A stretch of 64,000 bases of DNA from Octopus sinensis (GCF_006345805.1 NC_043005.1:66402001-66466000), one strand, 5' to 3'; shown: positions 25,278-39,364, counted from the stretch's first letter. The notes: generated from the letters alone by a model not told the origin. A program made the numbers and translations.

Positions 25278-26210
25278 TTATTTTAGGCGTATACAAGCGT
25301 TATTTGGGAAGTATTGTTCTATGGTGCTGGTGGGAAACAGAAAGGCATTTTCAGAATCATTATCTGGTTTTGGTTGATAGGACGAAGGATAGAGAAGCTT
25401 CGCAATCTTGCTCAAACAGTTCAAAATGTTTGGTGAGTATTGGAAGGAGTACACTAACTTGGGCATAGACCAATCGTATCCAGACTGCACAACGACAATC
25501 TTTTGGGTTGCTTCATCGACTAGTTGTGGTGCAGTGATAGGAACACCTTTATAAGTAGCTGGACCCGTTACTTCTGGCATAGAACCGGCTCTAGTTTCGA
25601 CTATGGTCCTTGGTCAGACTTGTTGTCAAGACACTTGAAGGTAACTTGTTTAGAGCTAAGGCACATGCAGTAAAACACAATAAAATGAAGTCGACTCGAT
25701 CGTTCTCTGTGGCAGAGTTGCATTGTAGAATCAAAGCCCTATTCACGTTTTTACGAACAGAGACAGATATGTGCTAGATGTGTGCGATTTGTCTGCCTAA
25801 TGAGCTTTATAAGGAAATACCAAATTTGTTCTAGATGCTTTGCCGAACATCCACTGCAACTGGCTGCAGAACCAGAGAATTCCCAATTATGTGAAGCGCA
25901 GAGTAGTAGCGACAAAAGTAAATGTAGTTCCTAATTTCTCATTCACAGCTCTGTGTACTACAGAGTTTAATATTTTTATCAATTTGGTAAAATATAGTTT
26001 CCGATTTGTTATTGGTTGTCATTGGTAATGTGGTTGGCAAACCTGAGCATTCAAGTGCAGACCTATCCATGACAAACTCCATGTCATAGGACACCAAATC
26101 ATCTCGAAGGAAGTTTAATGCCAGTTCAGTCATTTGGAGTCAAGAATCTTCAGTGTTTGAAGGAGGTTGAAGAGGTGGGGTAGCCTTTTTGCCGCACCTG
26201 TTTTCCACTA
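25278..26210 (-). pseudogene. Unidentified decayed intronless ORF (about 310 codons)
   Basis: About 200 codons in one frame with 5 stops, one frameshift near 25595, then 112 stop-free codons. Protein-like composition, no homology recognised. Confidence 0.45.
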
Positions 26211-26559
26211 CGAGCATTCAGTCACCACGAAAAGTAAAACCCCATTCACCACCAGCTTCTAACCACAGACATCAGCAATAACATCGGCATCGCAATCGAA
26301 CAACGCAAGCACCACCAACAACATCATCCCACCACATTACAGCAATAAACCATATGATCCCACCATCACCAAGGCTACAACAAGCAACCACTACCTGCAA
26401 ACTTCTACCGACAAATGCTATCAACAACACCATCATAACCACGCAATTACCCGCATCGAACCACTGCCAACGACATTGCAGTAAGCAGTACCAGCGCGTC
26501 CAAGATTGCTATCATGCTCATCACTATGCTTAACACGAGAGTCCTCGGGATCAACAAGA

Positions 26560-26698
26560 ACATCATCATCATCATCCTCATCCTCATCATCGTCATCTCC
26601 ATCGCCATCGTCGTCATCGCCGTCTCGCACGTCCTCCTCTTCATAGTAACCGGCACCACCGCCACCACCGCCACCACCGCCGCCGCCACTGCCACCAC

Positions 26699-26744
<46 letters not shown>

Positions 26745-27120
26745 GTCGTCGTCGTCGTCGTCGTTGTTGTCGTCGTCAACATCAACATCACTCATTATGT
26801 GTGAATTGTAGCACTTGCTGTGTTCTGCTTTCATGATAACTTAAAAGTCTTTTTTGACATGTGCGTATGTATGTATATATGTATGTATGAATGTATGTAC
26901 GTACGTATGTATGTATGTATGTATGTATGTATGTATGTATGTATGTATGTATATATATATGTATGTATGTATGATGTATGTATGTATGCATGCATGTATG
27001 TATGTATGTATGTAATTATGTTGTGTGTATGTATGTATGCATGTATATACGTTAGCAAATATGTATGTATATATATATGTGCATAAGTGTGCGTCTGTGT
27101 GTATATGTATACACACATAC
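26560..27120. repeat. CAT/CAC/CGT trinucleotide mosaic followed by (TATG)n
   Basis: Direct reading. Confidence 0.9.
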
Positions 27121-27670
27121 ATAATCATTTATATGCATATTGTGTTGCGTGTTTGAATATATGTGTGTTTTTCGTATTTGCTATATTTCATATTGAATTC
27201 TAAAATATTAATTAAAATCTTTGTTGCTCAGAGCCAGTTTAAACTATTTTGACAACAAAACACAAAAATTAAAATTTTAAATAGAAAATTAGACATTAAA
27301 AGAAAAAAATTTAAGAAAAAATGTTGCCGAGCAAAAATGTGAAAACACATTTGTGCGCTCTCGCGAATGAACTTACACACTACATGTATGTATGTATGTA
27401 TGTATGTATGCGTGTACATGTGTATCTACACATACACATATACACACAAACACACACAATATACTGTGAGCAAAAAATGAAATACATAGAGACATATGAC
27501 AGACAGATCGATAGATAAATGGCAATTGTATATACAAAACTTTTGAGCGTATATGTATAAAATACAAATGGTTCTGCATCGTATTCGACGATGGTTATTT
27601 CAATTAGTTGATCAACTACATATCTCTTGTATTATAGCACAGATGACTGCATATTCCACTAATACTTATT

Positions 27671-28062
27671 GTTTTCTACTCTAGGCACAAGGCCCGAAAC
27701 TTTTTGGGAGGTGGGCCAGTCGATTAGATCGACCAGTACACAACTGGTACTTATTTTATCGACCCCGAAAGGGTGAAAGGCAAAGTTGAACTCGGCGGAA
27801 TTTGAACTCAGAACGTATCGGCCGAAATACCTATTTCTTTACTACCCACAAGGGGCTAAACACAGAGAGGACAAACAAGGACAGACAAACAGATTAAGTC
27901 GATTATATCGACCCCAGTGCGTAACTGGTACTTATTTAATCGACCCAGAAAGGATGAAAGGCAAAGTCGACCTCGGCGGAATTTGAACACAGAACGTAAA
28001 GACAGACGAAATACCGCTAAGCACTTCGCCCGGCGTGCTAAAGTTTCTGCCAGCTCGCCGCC
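27671..28062 (-). mobile_element. Composite (dimeric) family B SINE
   Basis: One head and two bodies with different tails, bounded by a single 17-bp TSD TTCCACTAATACTTATT at 27654-27670 and 28063-28079. Confidence 0.85.
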
Positions 28063-28558
28063 TTCCACTAATACTTATTACCTTCACACATTCGTCAGGT
28101 AGTCAGTAGGACACAGAATAGGACAAAGTTTGTTCTTTCAATTATAGGCAGAGTTAAATCTATAGGCTCTCACAGTTCCTGTCTTCCTAATGTCATTCGA
28201 CACGAGATTGAGGTAAGAGATCTAGTTTAAACACTTAATCCAAGTACCATCCCAACACACACAGATACACACATGCACACACACTCATGTATATAAATAC
28301 ACACATATAGATACGCACACGCACATATAAGCTTACATTTTAAGAACTCAGGAAGTTCGAGTGAAGTGAACTAAATTAATTTTTACGGTAAAACTGGAAG
28401 TATACACAGCTATATATAAAAACGTGTAAAATTTCGTTTAAAAACCTAGGATATAAACAGTCAGCTTTCTTTTTACCCAGTCTGCTACAAGCTGTTATTT
28501 ATAGCTTTATGTACGTCGAATTTTGCCGTATGTATTTACATAGATATGAATATATACA

Positions 28559-28744
28559 AGCGTGGCTGCGTGGTAAAGAAATCCCATTCCTACCTAATGG
28601 TCCGGGTTCAGTCCCCCTACGTGTTACCTTATGTATCATCTATTATAGCACCGTGCCGACCAAAGCTTTGTGAGTAGATTTGGCTGAGGGAAACTCAAGG
28701 AAACCCATCGTGTGTTTGTGTGTGTATATATATATATATATATA

Positions 28745-28799
<55 letters not shown>

Positions 28800-29072
28800 T
28801 AGATAGATATATAGATAGATAGATAGATAGATAGCTAGATAGATGCGTGTATGTATGTGTGTCTTTGTGTCTGTGTTTATCCTCCACCACCACTTGACAA
28901 CCGGTGTTGGTTTGTTTATATGACCGTAACTTAGAGGATCGCCAAAATTGCGGATCGTTTATGTACCTGGTTCACAGAAAGAAGAACTGGGGTCGATTTC
29001 TTCGACTAAAACCCTTCAGGGTGGTGTCTCAGCTTGGTAGCAATTTAATGATTCAAACGATTAAAAGAAAAA
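28559..29072 (+). mobile_element. SINE family A, diverged, with expanded internal microsatellite
   Basis: Head, GCCGACCAAAGC core, GGGGTCGATTT block and tail present. Confidence 0.8.
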
Positions 29073-29182
29073 GGTACATACATGCATACCTACATACACA
29101 CATACGTGTATGCATAGATATATACAAACAGACGTACATACATACATACATACATACATACATACATACATACATACATACA

Positions 29183-29213
<31 letters not shown>

Positions 29214-29362
29214 GTAAATGCGTAAAACCTTCCAGAGTTTATCATTTAAGTATGTATGTGCTTGTCTAGACATACAAGTATATGCATCTGAATACATATA
29301 TGAAACAAAACATCCAAATTTGCACAGGCAGATGCATACATACAAATATACACTGTTGATGT

Positions 29363-29647
29363 GGTGGTATGTTGTCAACTTAATGTAGCAAACCCATGAA
29401 AGGGTAGAATACTACTGCTATTTAGCACTAGGAAGCACCGCTTCCTGTCGACCTTGACACATTTCCTATGTCCTTATGTTTACAAAGGAAATGTTTCAAG
29501 GCCGACAGGAAGCGGTGCTTCCTAGGGCTAAATAGCAGTAGTATTCTTCCCTTTCATGGGACTGTCACATTAAGTTGACAATATGCCACCATTTTATCGT
29601 GTTACTATGTATAAATCTTTCTGAGAGATTTAGAAATATATTATTTC
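29363..29647 (+). mobile_element. Shorter copy of the same foldback family
   Basis: Inverted arms about 29363-29467 and 29486-29590 are homologous to the outer arms of 14777-15285. Tail 29591-29647 is homologous to 14718-14776. 14-bp TSD TACACTGTTGATGT at 29349-29362 and 29648-29661. Confidence 0.75.
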
Positions 29648-30140
29648 TACACTGTTGATGTTGTAGCAATTCGAATGAAGGAGCTTTGGATCTAGGTTAG
29701 AAACCGGCTTTTTATTGGCATGAAATCTTCAAGTAAAACTGAATAATGACATACATAAATATCTGTAAGATTTGTATCGTTGGTGTAACCATGAAGATCT
29801 GATGAGCTAGCTTTCTTTATTTGCAACGATATGTGGAGTACAAGGAATTTGTATAATGCCGATCATGCATATTGCATGCGTGTAGCATAATTTCTTTCAC
29901 GCTGAAAATAATACTACATAAAGAAGTTTGAGGAACAGCCGGATTTCAAAAGATGCCAAGTGGTTCAATAAATATATATTCACCTCTCATACATTCTGAC
30001 ATTATATACTCCTGCTGAAATAATTCCATCGATCGGATATTCTGGATTTCTGTTGCATGGACATTACATTAGACTTTTTTTGCATTGGATTACAATGAGG
30101 ACTGATAGTTGAGTCTTCATAGCTTTCAATCATTGCTACA

Positions 30141-30283
30141 TGGCGTGGCTGAGTGGTAAGAAGTTTGCTTCTCAACAACTTCGTTCCGTGTCAGCTAGGG
30201 CAAGTGGCTTCTACTATAGCCTCGAGTCGACCAAAGTCTTGTGAGAGTATTTGGTTAACGGAAACTGAAAGAAGCCCGTCTTA

Positions 30284-30348
<65 letters not shown>

Positions 30349-30695
30349 GGTTGGCCAAAAGTCACTTGACAGTAAATCAAAAACATTTAATTCCAAGATT
30401 AAAACAAAAAGTTATTTTATATGAGACTTCGCTAATAAATAGCAATCAATTATTAAACATTCATAACGGGAATGAATAAATAAAACTATTAAGTATTTAT
30501 GGAACTTTGACTTACTGTTAGCTGCTTGACAAAAGGTGTTGAAGTCCCCGCAAGCTAGCGGTTCGGTAAAAGGTGACCGATAGAATAAATACCAGGTTTT
30601 AACAAAAAATGTAATGGGGTCAATCCATTTGACTAAAATCTCTTCAAGGCGTTGCTCCAGCATGGCCGGAAACTAATGAGTGAAAGAAGTAAAGA

Positions 30696-30697
<2 letters not shown>
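30141..30697 (+). mobile_element. SINE family A interrupted by a mariner end
   Basis: 5' half 30141-30285 and 3' half 30522-30697. Confidence 0.8.
30346..30521 (+). mobile_element. Tc1/mariner terminal fragment inserted in the TA array of a SINE
   Basis: TA|CAGGGTTGGCCAAAAGTCAC resembles the TIR at 61905-61923. Confidence 0.6.
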
Positions 30698-30734
<37 letters not shown>

Positions 30735-31510
30735 CATGTGCGTGTGCATGTGTGCGTGCGTGTGTGTGTGTGTATGCCTGCGTGTGTGTGTACATGTGTA
30801 TGCCTGCGTGTGTGTAATTGTGTGTGTATGTGTGTGTATGCACATGCACATATATAAAACAGTGGAAGCCGCGTTTTATAATCAAGGACAATGCCATCGA
30901 CCGTTTAATATTATCACCTGGTTATTTTTACCGATAATGCACCGCACCAAACTGATCCGAAAAAGCGTCTGTCAAAGAACATGCGTTTGAATTCCAATGT
31001 ACATACATATTTACATATTATTGCATTCGTATAATTGAATGCCTGATTAATATTAGAACAGAAATACAAACATACACACTTACAGTCACACACACACACG
31101 CACGCAGGCATATGCACTGACACATCTAGACACACACACACACACACTCCCATTTGTATATGTATAGGATTATGTACGTATGTGCATTATATGCATAATA
31201 ATTACAAAACAACAATATAATTTGCGCGTAAAGGGGAAAATAATTCGTGATATTTTAATCGAATATAATTCTGTAATCATATAAAGATAATAGAATGAAG
31301 ATTCTTAACTAGATAGATTCTGATAAGGTTTGTCAGTTTGCTAATGAGTGTTCTTCATTTCTCTCACTATTGACATTTGTTACACGCACACACACACACA
31401 CACATACACACACACGTACACACACACATGCACGTGTGTCTGTATATAGATGATTGTATTTACATGTATGTGGGTATATGTATGCTTATGCATGAATGTA
31501 TGTATGTAAG

Positions 31511-31544
<34 letters not shown>

Positions 31545-32089
31545 TGTATGTATGTATGTACGTATGTATGTATGTACATTTGTATGAACACACGCACGTA
31601 CAGGCGCACGCCCAGGCGCACACACACTCATACTGCTTCCGCAATATTATTGATTCCTTCTTGAGATTCAATACCATAAATATATTTTACTCACACGCGC
31701 CCACTTATAGACACACAAGAACAAATATAATTATAGATATGTGTATATGTGTTTATGTGTGTATATATGTGTATGTGTACCGTATTAATCTCACCGACGT
31801 TAGAAAACCCGTATTAGCCTACAAAAAATATTTTAAAGAGAGCATGGAATAGCGTTAAACTTAATTTGAATTTTATTTTGTATACTTTCACATTATAAAC
31901 GTCACATTTCTGTCAGCCTGTTATAGGATATTACTCTTTGATTTATATATACTGGTATGTGACATAACAAGAACATTTTTAGTAGAAATATGTACAAGAT
32001 TCACTCCAGCTTTAAAACTGTCTACTATACATGCTTGGTTATTTGTTTCATGCTCCTGCTTGATGGGGCTGAGGTCATCCCAGGTCATT

Positions 32090-32345
32090 GGTCTCAGAGA
32101 CGTCTTCATGCGTAGAGCCGACCAGTGCTCTTAATCGCTGGCCGTCTCATGTCAACTCCTCTGCATCCTCAAAGGTGACGTCGAGCCTCTGGAGATCTTC
32201 CACAATCGCGTCCAGCAATCTGGTGTGGTGTCTGCCACGAAGCCATTTCCCGCTCGCAGCAGCTGCGTCGAATGAGAGTAGAGCTCTCGAAGGATGATCA
32301 TGAAGGACATGTTCGTACCAGTACATGCGACCGATAGGTATGAGG
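32090..32345 (-). mobile_element. RTE-type LINE C-terminal remnant
   Basis: RMYWYEHVL...RGRHHTRLLDAIVEDLQRL resembles RLRWFGHV...RGRP.TRW.D.V.EDL. Confidence 0.7.
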
Positions 32346-33539
32346 TGGAAGAATGCGGGCTGGTGCGTGCGTGCACGCAATTTTTTTTTAACGTGATCAA
32401 ATATTCTTTGAAACCATAAATAATGCACAGTGATGAGATAACCGCAGATAGAACACCTTTAGTAACAGATATGCGGTATCAAGTTTGACTTGACAACAAT
32501 AACTCAGTATTTATATTACAAAGGAAGAAAAATGGTTTGCACGATATCGAACAAGATTCTTTTTTATATTCTGCTACAGTATGTTGTTATGGTTGAGTTT
32601 AAACATCCCTTCCCAGAATCAGTTCCACCCAAGCAGGCATAGTTGTCTGGAAATAGAAGTACGGCTATAACGTTGAGAAGTTTTGGTCATAACCGTATTG
32701 CCCCGGGTTCGATTCCGTTTCTGTTTATCTTAGGTGTGTTACTTGTAATAACAAAATTTTCTATGAAGGTGTCAGTTTGTTTAACAACAATAGGAAGTAA
32801 TTTTCATCGTTCTCTGAGCTGAGAGTTATCGAATAAACGGCCAGAATTCTTTAAATTTCTAACTTTTTTTCGTAAAACGCTTCCATGTTTCTTAACGAAA
32901 ACTTTTGGAAGCAAAATATCATAAAAGTCTAAAGTTCAATGCGAATTAATTTTTATGAGATAGCAAGATTTATATTATTTACTTTGGGACGACACAGGAA
33001 ACTTTTCACACATATTTCATTGGTTCTACGATGAATTTGTGGTCAAACATATGATTACGAAACAGTGTTTCTATCCAATTTAGCGCGATACTTAATACAA
33101 TTAGTAGTATCAATGCTCATGTGGAATTTCATTCAAGTTTGAATAATTTCAAGATGTAAAAACTTCGGTAATAATATGATCGTACAGTTTGGATCTATTC
33201 GCGTTAGATAACAGCGTCAATATTTGGTTGAGCAATTAGTTTGGTGCAATAATGCATCTTTAACACAACTTAGATTGAGACATGATACTTCAGGGAATGT
33301 TTTCGTAATAATTTGCTACTGGGGTCATAATGTCATACTTTAAAATGAGGGACGGGCTTATACCAACACATATTGCTAATTCTAGTTATATTTTTAGTTA
33401 TTTTTCATTGAATATGAGATGTTGAAAATACCTAACAATGATACTCTTAATATTGAGTAACCAATGTATACTTCTGTAAATAATTATATATATATATAAG
33501 TACGTACCTACATCTATATGTATATATACATGCATATAT

Positions 33540-33890
33540 GGGTACAGGAGAAACGAAAACATAAACACAAAACCAAGGAATTGGACATTTTTCTTAAACA
33601 ACGAAAAAAAAAGAGAGTACAAGACGTACAACACAAAGAAATATTCCCCTTCTTCAGCTGCCTCTGTTTCATCTACTCCGCGTTTCGAAGGTAAAGGCGA
33701 GATCCGACTTCATTGAAACAATCCTTCCCGCAAAAGCAAATTAAATAAAATTTGAGATTTTTTTGCGGAGGAGTAAAAATGGTAACAAAACCAGGACAGT
33801 AAAAACAATAAAAAATATAAACAGTAAAAGACAGGACAAGGAGAATAACAGTAACACGAACAGAAAAAGAAACCGAGTAAGTTAACATGG
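33540..33890 (-). mobile_element. Degenerate PLE-like non-coding repeat
   Basis: CGCGTTTCGAAGG and TCTTCAG motifs. Shares ACAAAACCAGGAC and GTAAAAACAATAA blocks with 62270-62330. Confidence 0.35.
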
Positions 33891-33899
33891 AGAATTCCT

Positions 33900-34500
33900 A
33901 TTTCTATGAGATTTTTTATAATTCCCTCTTTTCGCTGTAAATGCGGAATTGCTTGCCATTTACTCTTGACCAGTTAAATATATCTGCTAATTACTGGATT
34001 ACTAATATTTTCAGGATCTACATGAGGAAACACTCTTAAAACCTTATTGTATTGAATCAGCCTCACGATTAACCACATTGTTGTTCTATTACATTCTGCA
34101 ATTACGGATTTGTTAATCAATAACTGATCTTTACAATTATATTAGCCTTTGAAGAATCCCCTCTTTCCGTTTTTTTATTACTTATAAGCTTTCTTTTTAA
34201 TTATTGTGTTATTATTGCTGTTAATGGTTTATCGTTGATTGGAAGGCAGGTTATAGCTCTGTAAGTGTTAGTGCTTGGTGGTGCTTGGTGTTCTCTGTAC
34301 GCATGTGTTACTGGAGATATACTACATTAATAAGAGGAAGAATATTTCACCTCTGCAAGACGAAAAATACATAATTAAAACCATCATTATACCCAATAGA
34401 AAACAAGCTTCTGAGAAAATTCCTTATCCTTTCTGGTGTTTTGCGTTATTCTGACTCCGTTAACAAATCTGTTTAATGACTATTGGTGTTACAACCACCT
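33900..34500 (-). mobile_element. R4/Dong-type RT remnant
   Basis: Degenerate NTYRAITCLP...CKDQLLINK, and a WIDY.K.F.SVPH-like block near 34020-34065. Confidence 0.65.
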
Positions 34501-34596
34501 CTTCTTTGTATGTGATTTAAAAATATTTATAAGAAATAATACTCACAAAAATATCTACAAAATTTCAAATCCAAATACAATATAACTAAAAACTGT

Positions 34597-34780
34597 AAGC
34601 TGACAGAATCACTAGAACGTCAGGCAAAATGCTTAACTGCATTTCGTCCGTCTTTACATTCTAAGTTCAAATTCCGCCGATGTCAGCTTTGCCTTTCTCC
34701 CTCCGAGTCCATTAAATAAGTACCAACTGAGCACTGGGGTCGATGTAATTGAATTATCCTCTCACTGAAATTGCTAGATT
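34597..34780 (+). mobile_element. SINE family B, diverged
   Basis: GCTGACAGAATC head, AAGTTCAAATTCCGCC B-box, AATAAGTACCA block. Confidence 0.75.
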
Positions 34781-37700
34781 TTTTCCAGAATTTAAAAACC
34801 AATATTAAAATTCCAGCTAAAGAACCCCCGATGTGGTTGATGGCCTTGCTTAAAATAGTAGCCAAATCCTCTATATGTCGTACTCTGCCATCCTAAAGAA
34901 AGGGAAAACACATTGATAATGCAAATGTAGGATACCATACATGGGAAGAAACAAAAGCATGAAATAGTTGCGACTAGAATGTCTTTCAATCAAGACTGTC
35001 TTGGGACTAAACAAGAACTACTATTATTGTTACAATGACGTTTTTGGTTGTTTTTCAATTGCTGGTTTATTTTTTAATCTCATATCTCTAGCCTGATCTT
35101 CTGAAGATTTAATTGCTTTATTGTATAATTGGTTCTTTGAGAAAGAATCTGTAAATGGTAATCAGAAAATATAATTAATCAAAAAATTATGTTGCAATAA
35201 AATAGAGACCGTCTGTTCGCATTCGTTTACATTGATCAGATTCTGAGAATGTTTTGTTGCTATTCTTTTCCGCAAATTAATGTTTCTTCCGGGAAAATGA
35301 AGTTGATTTTAAGTGGCTTTTAAATAGGCAGAGATAAAATCGAGAAAATGAAAAGAAATATTAAAGAAAGGAGAATAGAATGAAAGAGCGGCTTCTAAGC
35401 TGTGAATTTGAGTTATCGTAACTATTTGGATTTAAAGACTTGTTCATATTGTGTCAATACTGTAATGATTACATAATTAGTTGAATAACTCAATGATGTC
35501 GGTAGTTGTATTACGACCGCGGACCATATCAGAATAGATATATAGAAGCTATACAGGGATTCTGTTGTTTACAGCTTTGAGGCGTAGTTCCGCATATCTA
35601 TCAGCTTCATAGTAATGACAGTTAAATATCATAGCAATTGGGAGAACACAGCAATGAGCGCCGCATTCTTTTGAGTGACAGTCACTTCCGCCAAGAGAGA
35701 GTCTAGTTGGTCATTCAATCTCCTCGAAATGGTAGCCAAATATTCATTAAATCATATCCTCTATTTTAATAAAAAAAAAGAACACATTAGGCAATGCACT
35801 GTTAGATAACCTTAAAACCTAACATGATCATTGTTGATACATTTTTCGTTAGGTTGACCAGGAACTGAATAAGAGTAAGAGTAATTAGAACAAAGAGCAA
35901 ATACTAATTTCGGGATCAACCACCAATATTTTACCGATGAGAAATAATTACTTCTTTGTCAATGCATGTGAAACATTTGGTCATCCTAGTTATCTCCTAT
36001 TCGTAGTCCCTGTTGCGAATCAGTCACGGTTAATTTTAACGCACTCAATGCCCAGCAGAAATACGTCTTCGTTCTGAAACAATCACTGTCTATGTACTTA
36101 GACGTACATCTATAAATTTTCGAAACAGCAGGCAACGCCGCTGCATTCAGGACAGCCAAAAGAGGATTTGAACTCGTCGTCGATAAGACGGAGACTGTGT
36201 TCATCTCAGACTTTCTTGTTGCGCTGATGGTTACCACATCTACATTTTGTAACATTGAGATTCTAGCAGGTGTTTTGTTCTTTAGTTTTGTTTTTTTATC
36301 GACGTGGACCTCAGACTACGATATTTATACTAGGTAATCTATTATTGTGATACGTATCTTTTTAAAAGCATGGAAAAATCATGCAATATATTGAAAAAAG
36401 ATATTGAAAGAATTCTACTAAAACTAGATCTAGCTTTGGTGGAGTTCTCTACAATCTACATTTATGTGACACATACTACCGGATCAAGTGTTACGATTTT
36501 TCGACTGTGCTACGCGCAGTCAATTTTGGCTCCGTTTCAGAATCAGGTTCGCGACAATGTATCAATGTTCGGTGGCAACAAATTAAAATCTCTGTCCACC
36601 ATCTCATGTATATCTATACCTCATCGATATGTCTTGACATTTGGGGCCTTTGTTGGGGCTGAATACATAGCGGGGCACCTTCTTTTTGAGCCAGGAGATC
36701 CGAATACTGACTACGAATAGCAGGAGATAAAAGGGTACGCATACAAATAGCATGATCTCTGTAAGCTTGTCCTTGATAAGCTCATAGATTTGAAGTTAAT
36801 TTGGGATCACACTCTCATTCGGTGAGCGAAAGATCTGCTTAAGATAGTGAGAATTGTTCGGGACAGACATAATGGTGGATAAAAATGTAAGACCATTCCT
36901 TGGGACATGTGCCCACTAGGTTCGGTGTCCTTGTCCAAGGAAACATCTAATTGAACTGGATCATTTATTCTTACGGTTTTGTTTTTCAAGTAACATTTTC
37001 CGCTCCTCTGAAGCAATAGTTTCGTATATTATCGACACTACTACAAAGGTATTTAGGGATACTGTAGCTGATGGTGATGTGCAGGGTGCAGGTAAGCTAT
37101 CTTGAAAGAACCTTTGACTATAATGACGATAAACATGCGTGCAGTCGCCTTCTATGCGATACCTTTTCATCCACGTCGTCTCCTGAGAAGTTTACAGAAT
37201 GCAAAACAAAAAATACAATGTGAGTTCTTCCAAAATTTCCATCTACGGGAAAGACTTTTTCTGTCTGCTAGGAAACAACTAATGAATCTGAATTATCGTA
37301 GCTTCTGGTAGCTTTTCTGACTATCATAACAGCATCAGTGAGAGTAAGAACATCTAAAATATCATGAATCTCCAGATTCATCCTTCAAAGTGTTTTCGTA
37401 CTCTACTTGGAAACGAGAGCGACATTTTTCGAGTATTCTATTATTGTGCACCTGGAAATCGGTCTAAAGTTGTCGGCAAATCACACTGTGATCTCATTTC
37501 AAGTTCATTTTCAGTCATTTTATAAAGACAGGACTGGTGAAAGAACTGAAGAGAAACGTTTTTTTTTCATTATTGTGAGCTATCAATTTTGTTGTGTCAC
37601 ATAACTTCAGATATAGTACTAAACAACCTGACTGGTTGTACAAGAGGCCGTTTACACAACGAAAATAGAAATGATAAAAATTACCAACAAAAAAGCGGGC

Positions 37701-38289
37701 TGTACAACTTATTGTAACCTGTACAATATATTACCTCAGAAATATCTGATCTAATAGTTCCTTCCGCTACATGGACATCATCTCTAAATGAACCGGCATT
37801 TTGTAACATTTCTCTACCCCAGAACATGATCTTCTGATTAAACTAACTCTTCAACCCTGATACGTATGTGATTTTCCAGTCGGAAAATTATTCTATCATC
37901 TTTGGAAGTATGAAACTAGGAGTTGATTCATACATTTTTAGACTATATATGTAGAACTTTAAGTTATTCCATTCATCGTTCTAAACTTTCTTGAATTCCA
38001 CTATATCATTAACAATAATATGTTTTCACATTGCTACAAGTTCATATCTTTTGTGAAATGTATGTCTCTGTTATACTACATTACTGGTATTCATTATTAT
38101 CAACGATCATTAGAAGAACAGACAACTCAGGATTAAGGCACTTAATAACACTTCACTCTTTCTTTCAGTTAACTACTTAAATAACGATTTCTATGTTCAA
38201 GTTCACACACTTATAGAGAAGTCTAACTGACTGGATCAATTGCAAAAGGACAAAATCGAACCCAGTAAGTACGAAGAGTAAGGTAGCTA

Positions 38290-38960
38290 AATAGGAAAGA
38301 CCATATAGCTTCGTTGTGGTAGCCTACTCTGGGAAAATTTCTTATCTACTAAAATTGCTGCTGCTCAGCTCCAGCGCGAACTTAACAAATTGAGCAACTA
38401 GGAGCCGTTTTTCTTGCGAAGTGGGTATGACAAATGATAGTTTTTGATTCCATTTCTGTTCCAGGGGATAATTAACGGAATGTTTTCAACCATGAGAGTC
38501 ACTCTTTTTGTGCGAGGAGACTATCTGAGTGAAGCTGTACATATTTTGTTACACAGAGCAAGGAATTTTCATTGTTACTCAGACATTTATTTTTATGAAA
38601 GATATTTCTTCCCAAGATTTCAAAAGTATGTGGTTATTTGAGAGCACCTATCAAGAATAACTGGCAGTTATTTGGCACTTTAACCAACATCTGTAAATGG
38701 GCATTTAGTTGAGTTGTGGGCATAAGATTATCTGAGTAGCTTTGTTCGTACTCTTCCTCAGCAATGCAACGAATAATAACAACGACCCAGTCTGGAGTGT
38801 CTGGAAATTCTAGTTCCAGTGGTTTGCCTCTTACAACAGCATGTTCTAAGTATGAGAGATATATACACAAGAAGGAAATAGAAAAGACGTGTCGACTATG
38901 TGAAACAGCGGACTGGTTAAACACTTGAAGATAATGCAGCGTAAAGGCCTCAAATATCAG
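38290..38960 (+). mobile_element. Possible Tx1/L1-like LINE 3' remnant
   Basis: Non-repetitive, decayed coding-like sequence with only weak resemblance to the L1/Tx1 cysteine-rich C-terminus. Confidence 0.25.
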
Positions 38961-39364
38961 CAAAATAATCAATAAAGTTTAAACGATGTTAAAACACCTG
39001 CTCATTCTAATTTCTTCTCATATTTTTCTACATTAATTTCTCCAGCCATTTCATATTCTCTTCCTTCTTTTAAAAAAAGATATTCATTTTTATTTTATCG
39101 GGGAAAAAAAGAAGATTTCTCTTTCAGTTAACTATTTTTGATATTGTTCTTATTGTTGGAATTATTACTGCTGTTGTCATCGTTGATGATGCAGAGTTTG
39201 TTGTTGTTTCCATCATCATCATCATCATCATCCTCCTCCTCCTCCTCCTCCTCCTCCTCCTCATCATCATCATCATCATCATCATTGATGAGGATGATGA
39301 TGATGATGATAACGATGATTCTAATTCAAGCACAAAGCTTAAAATTAAGGTGCGGGAGTTAGCT

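Noticed and set aside
33645-33692. CUGAAGA plus GAAACGCG as a hammerhead
   Set aside because: No NUH triplet and stem II does not close.
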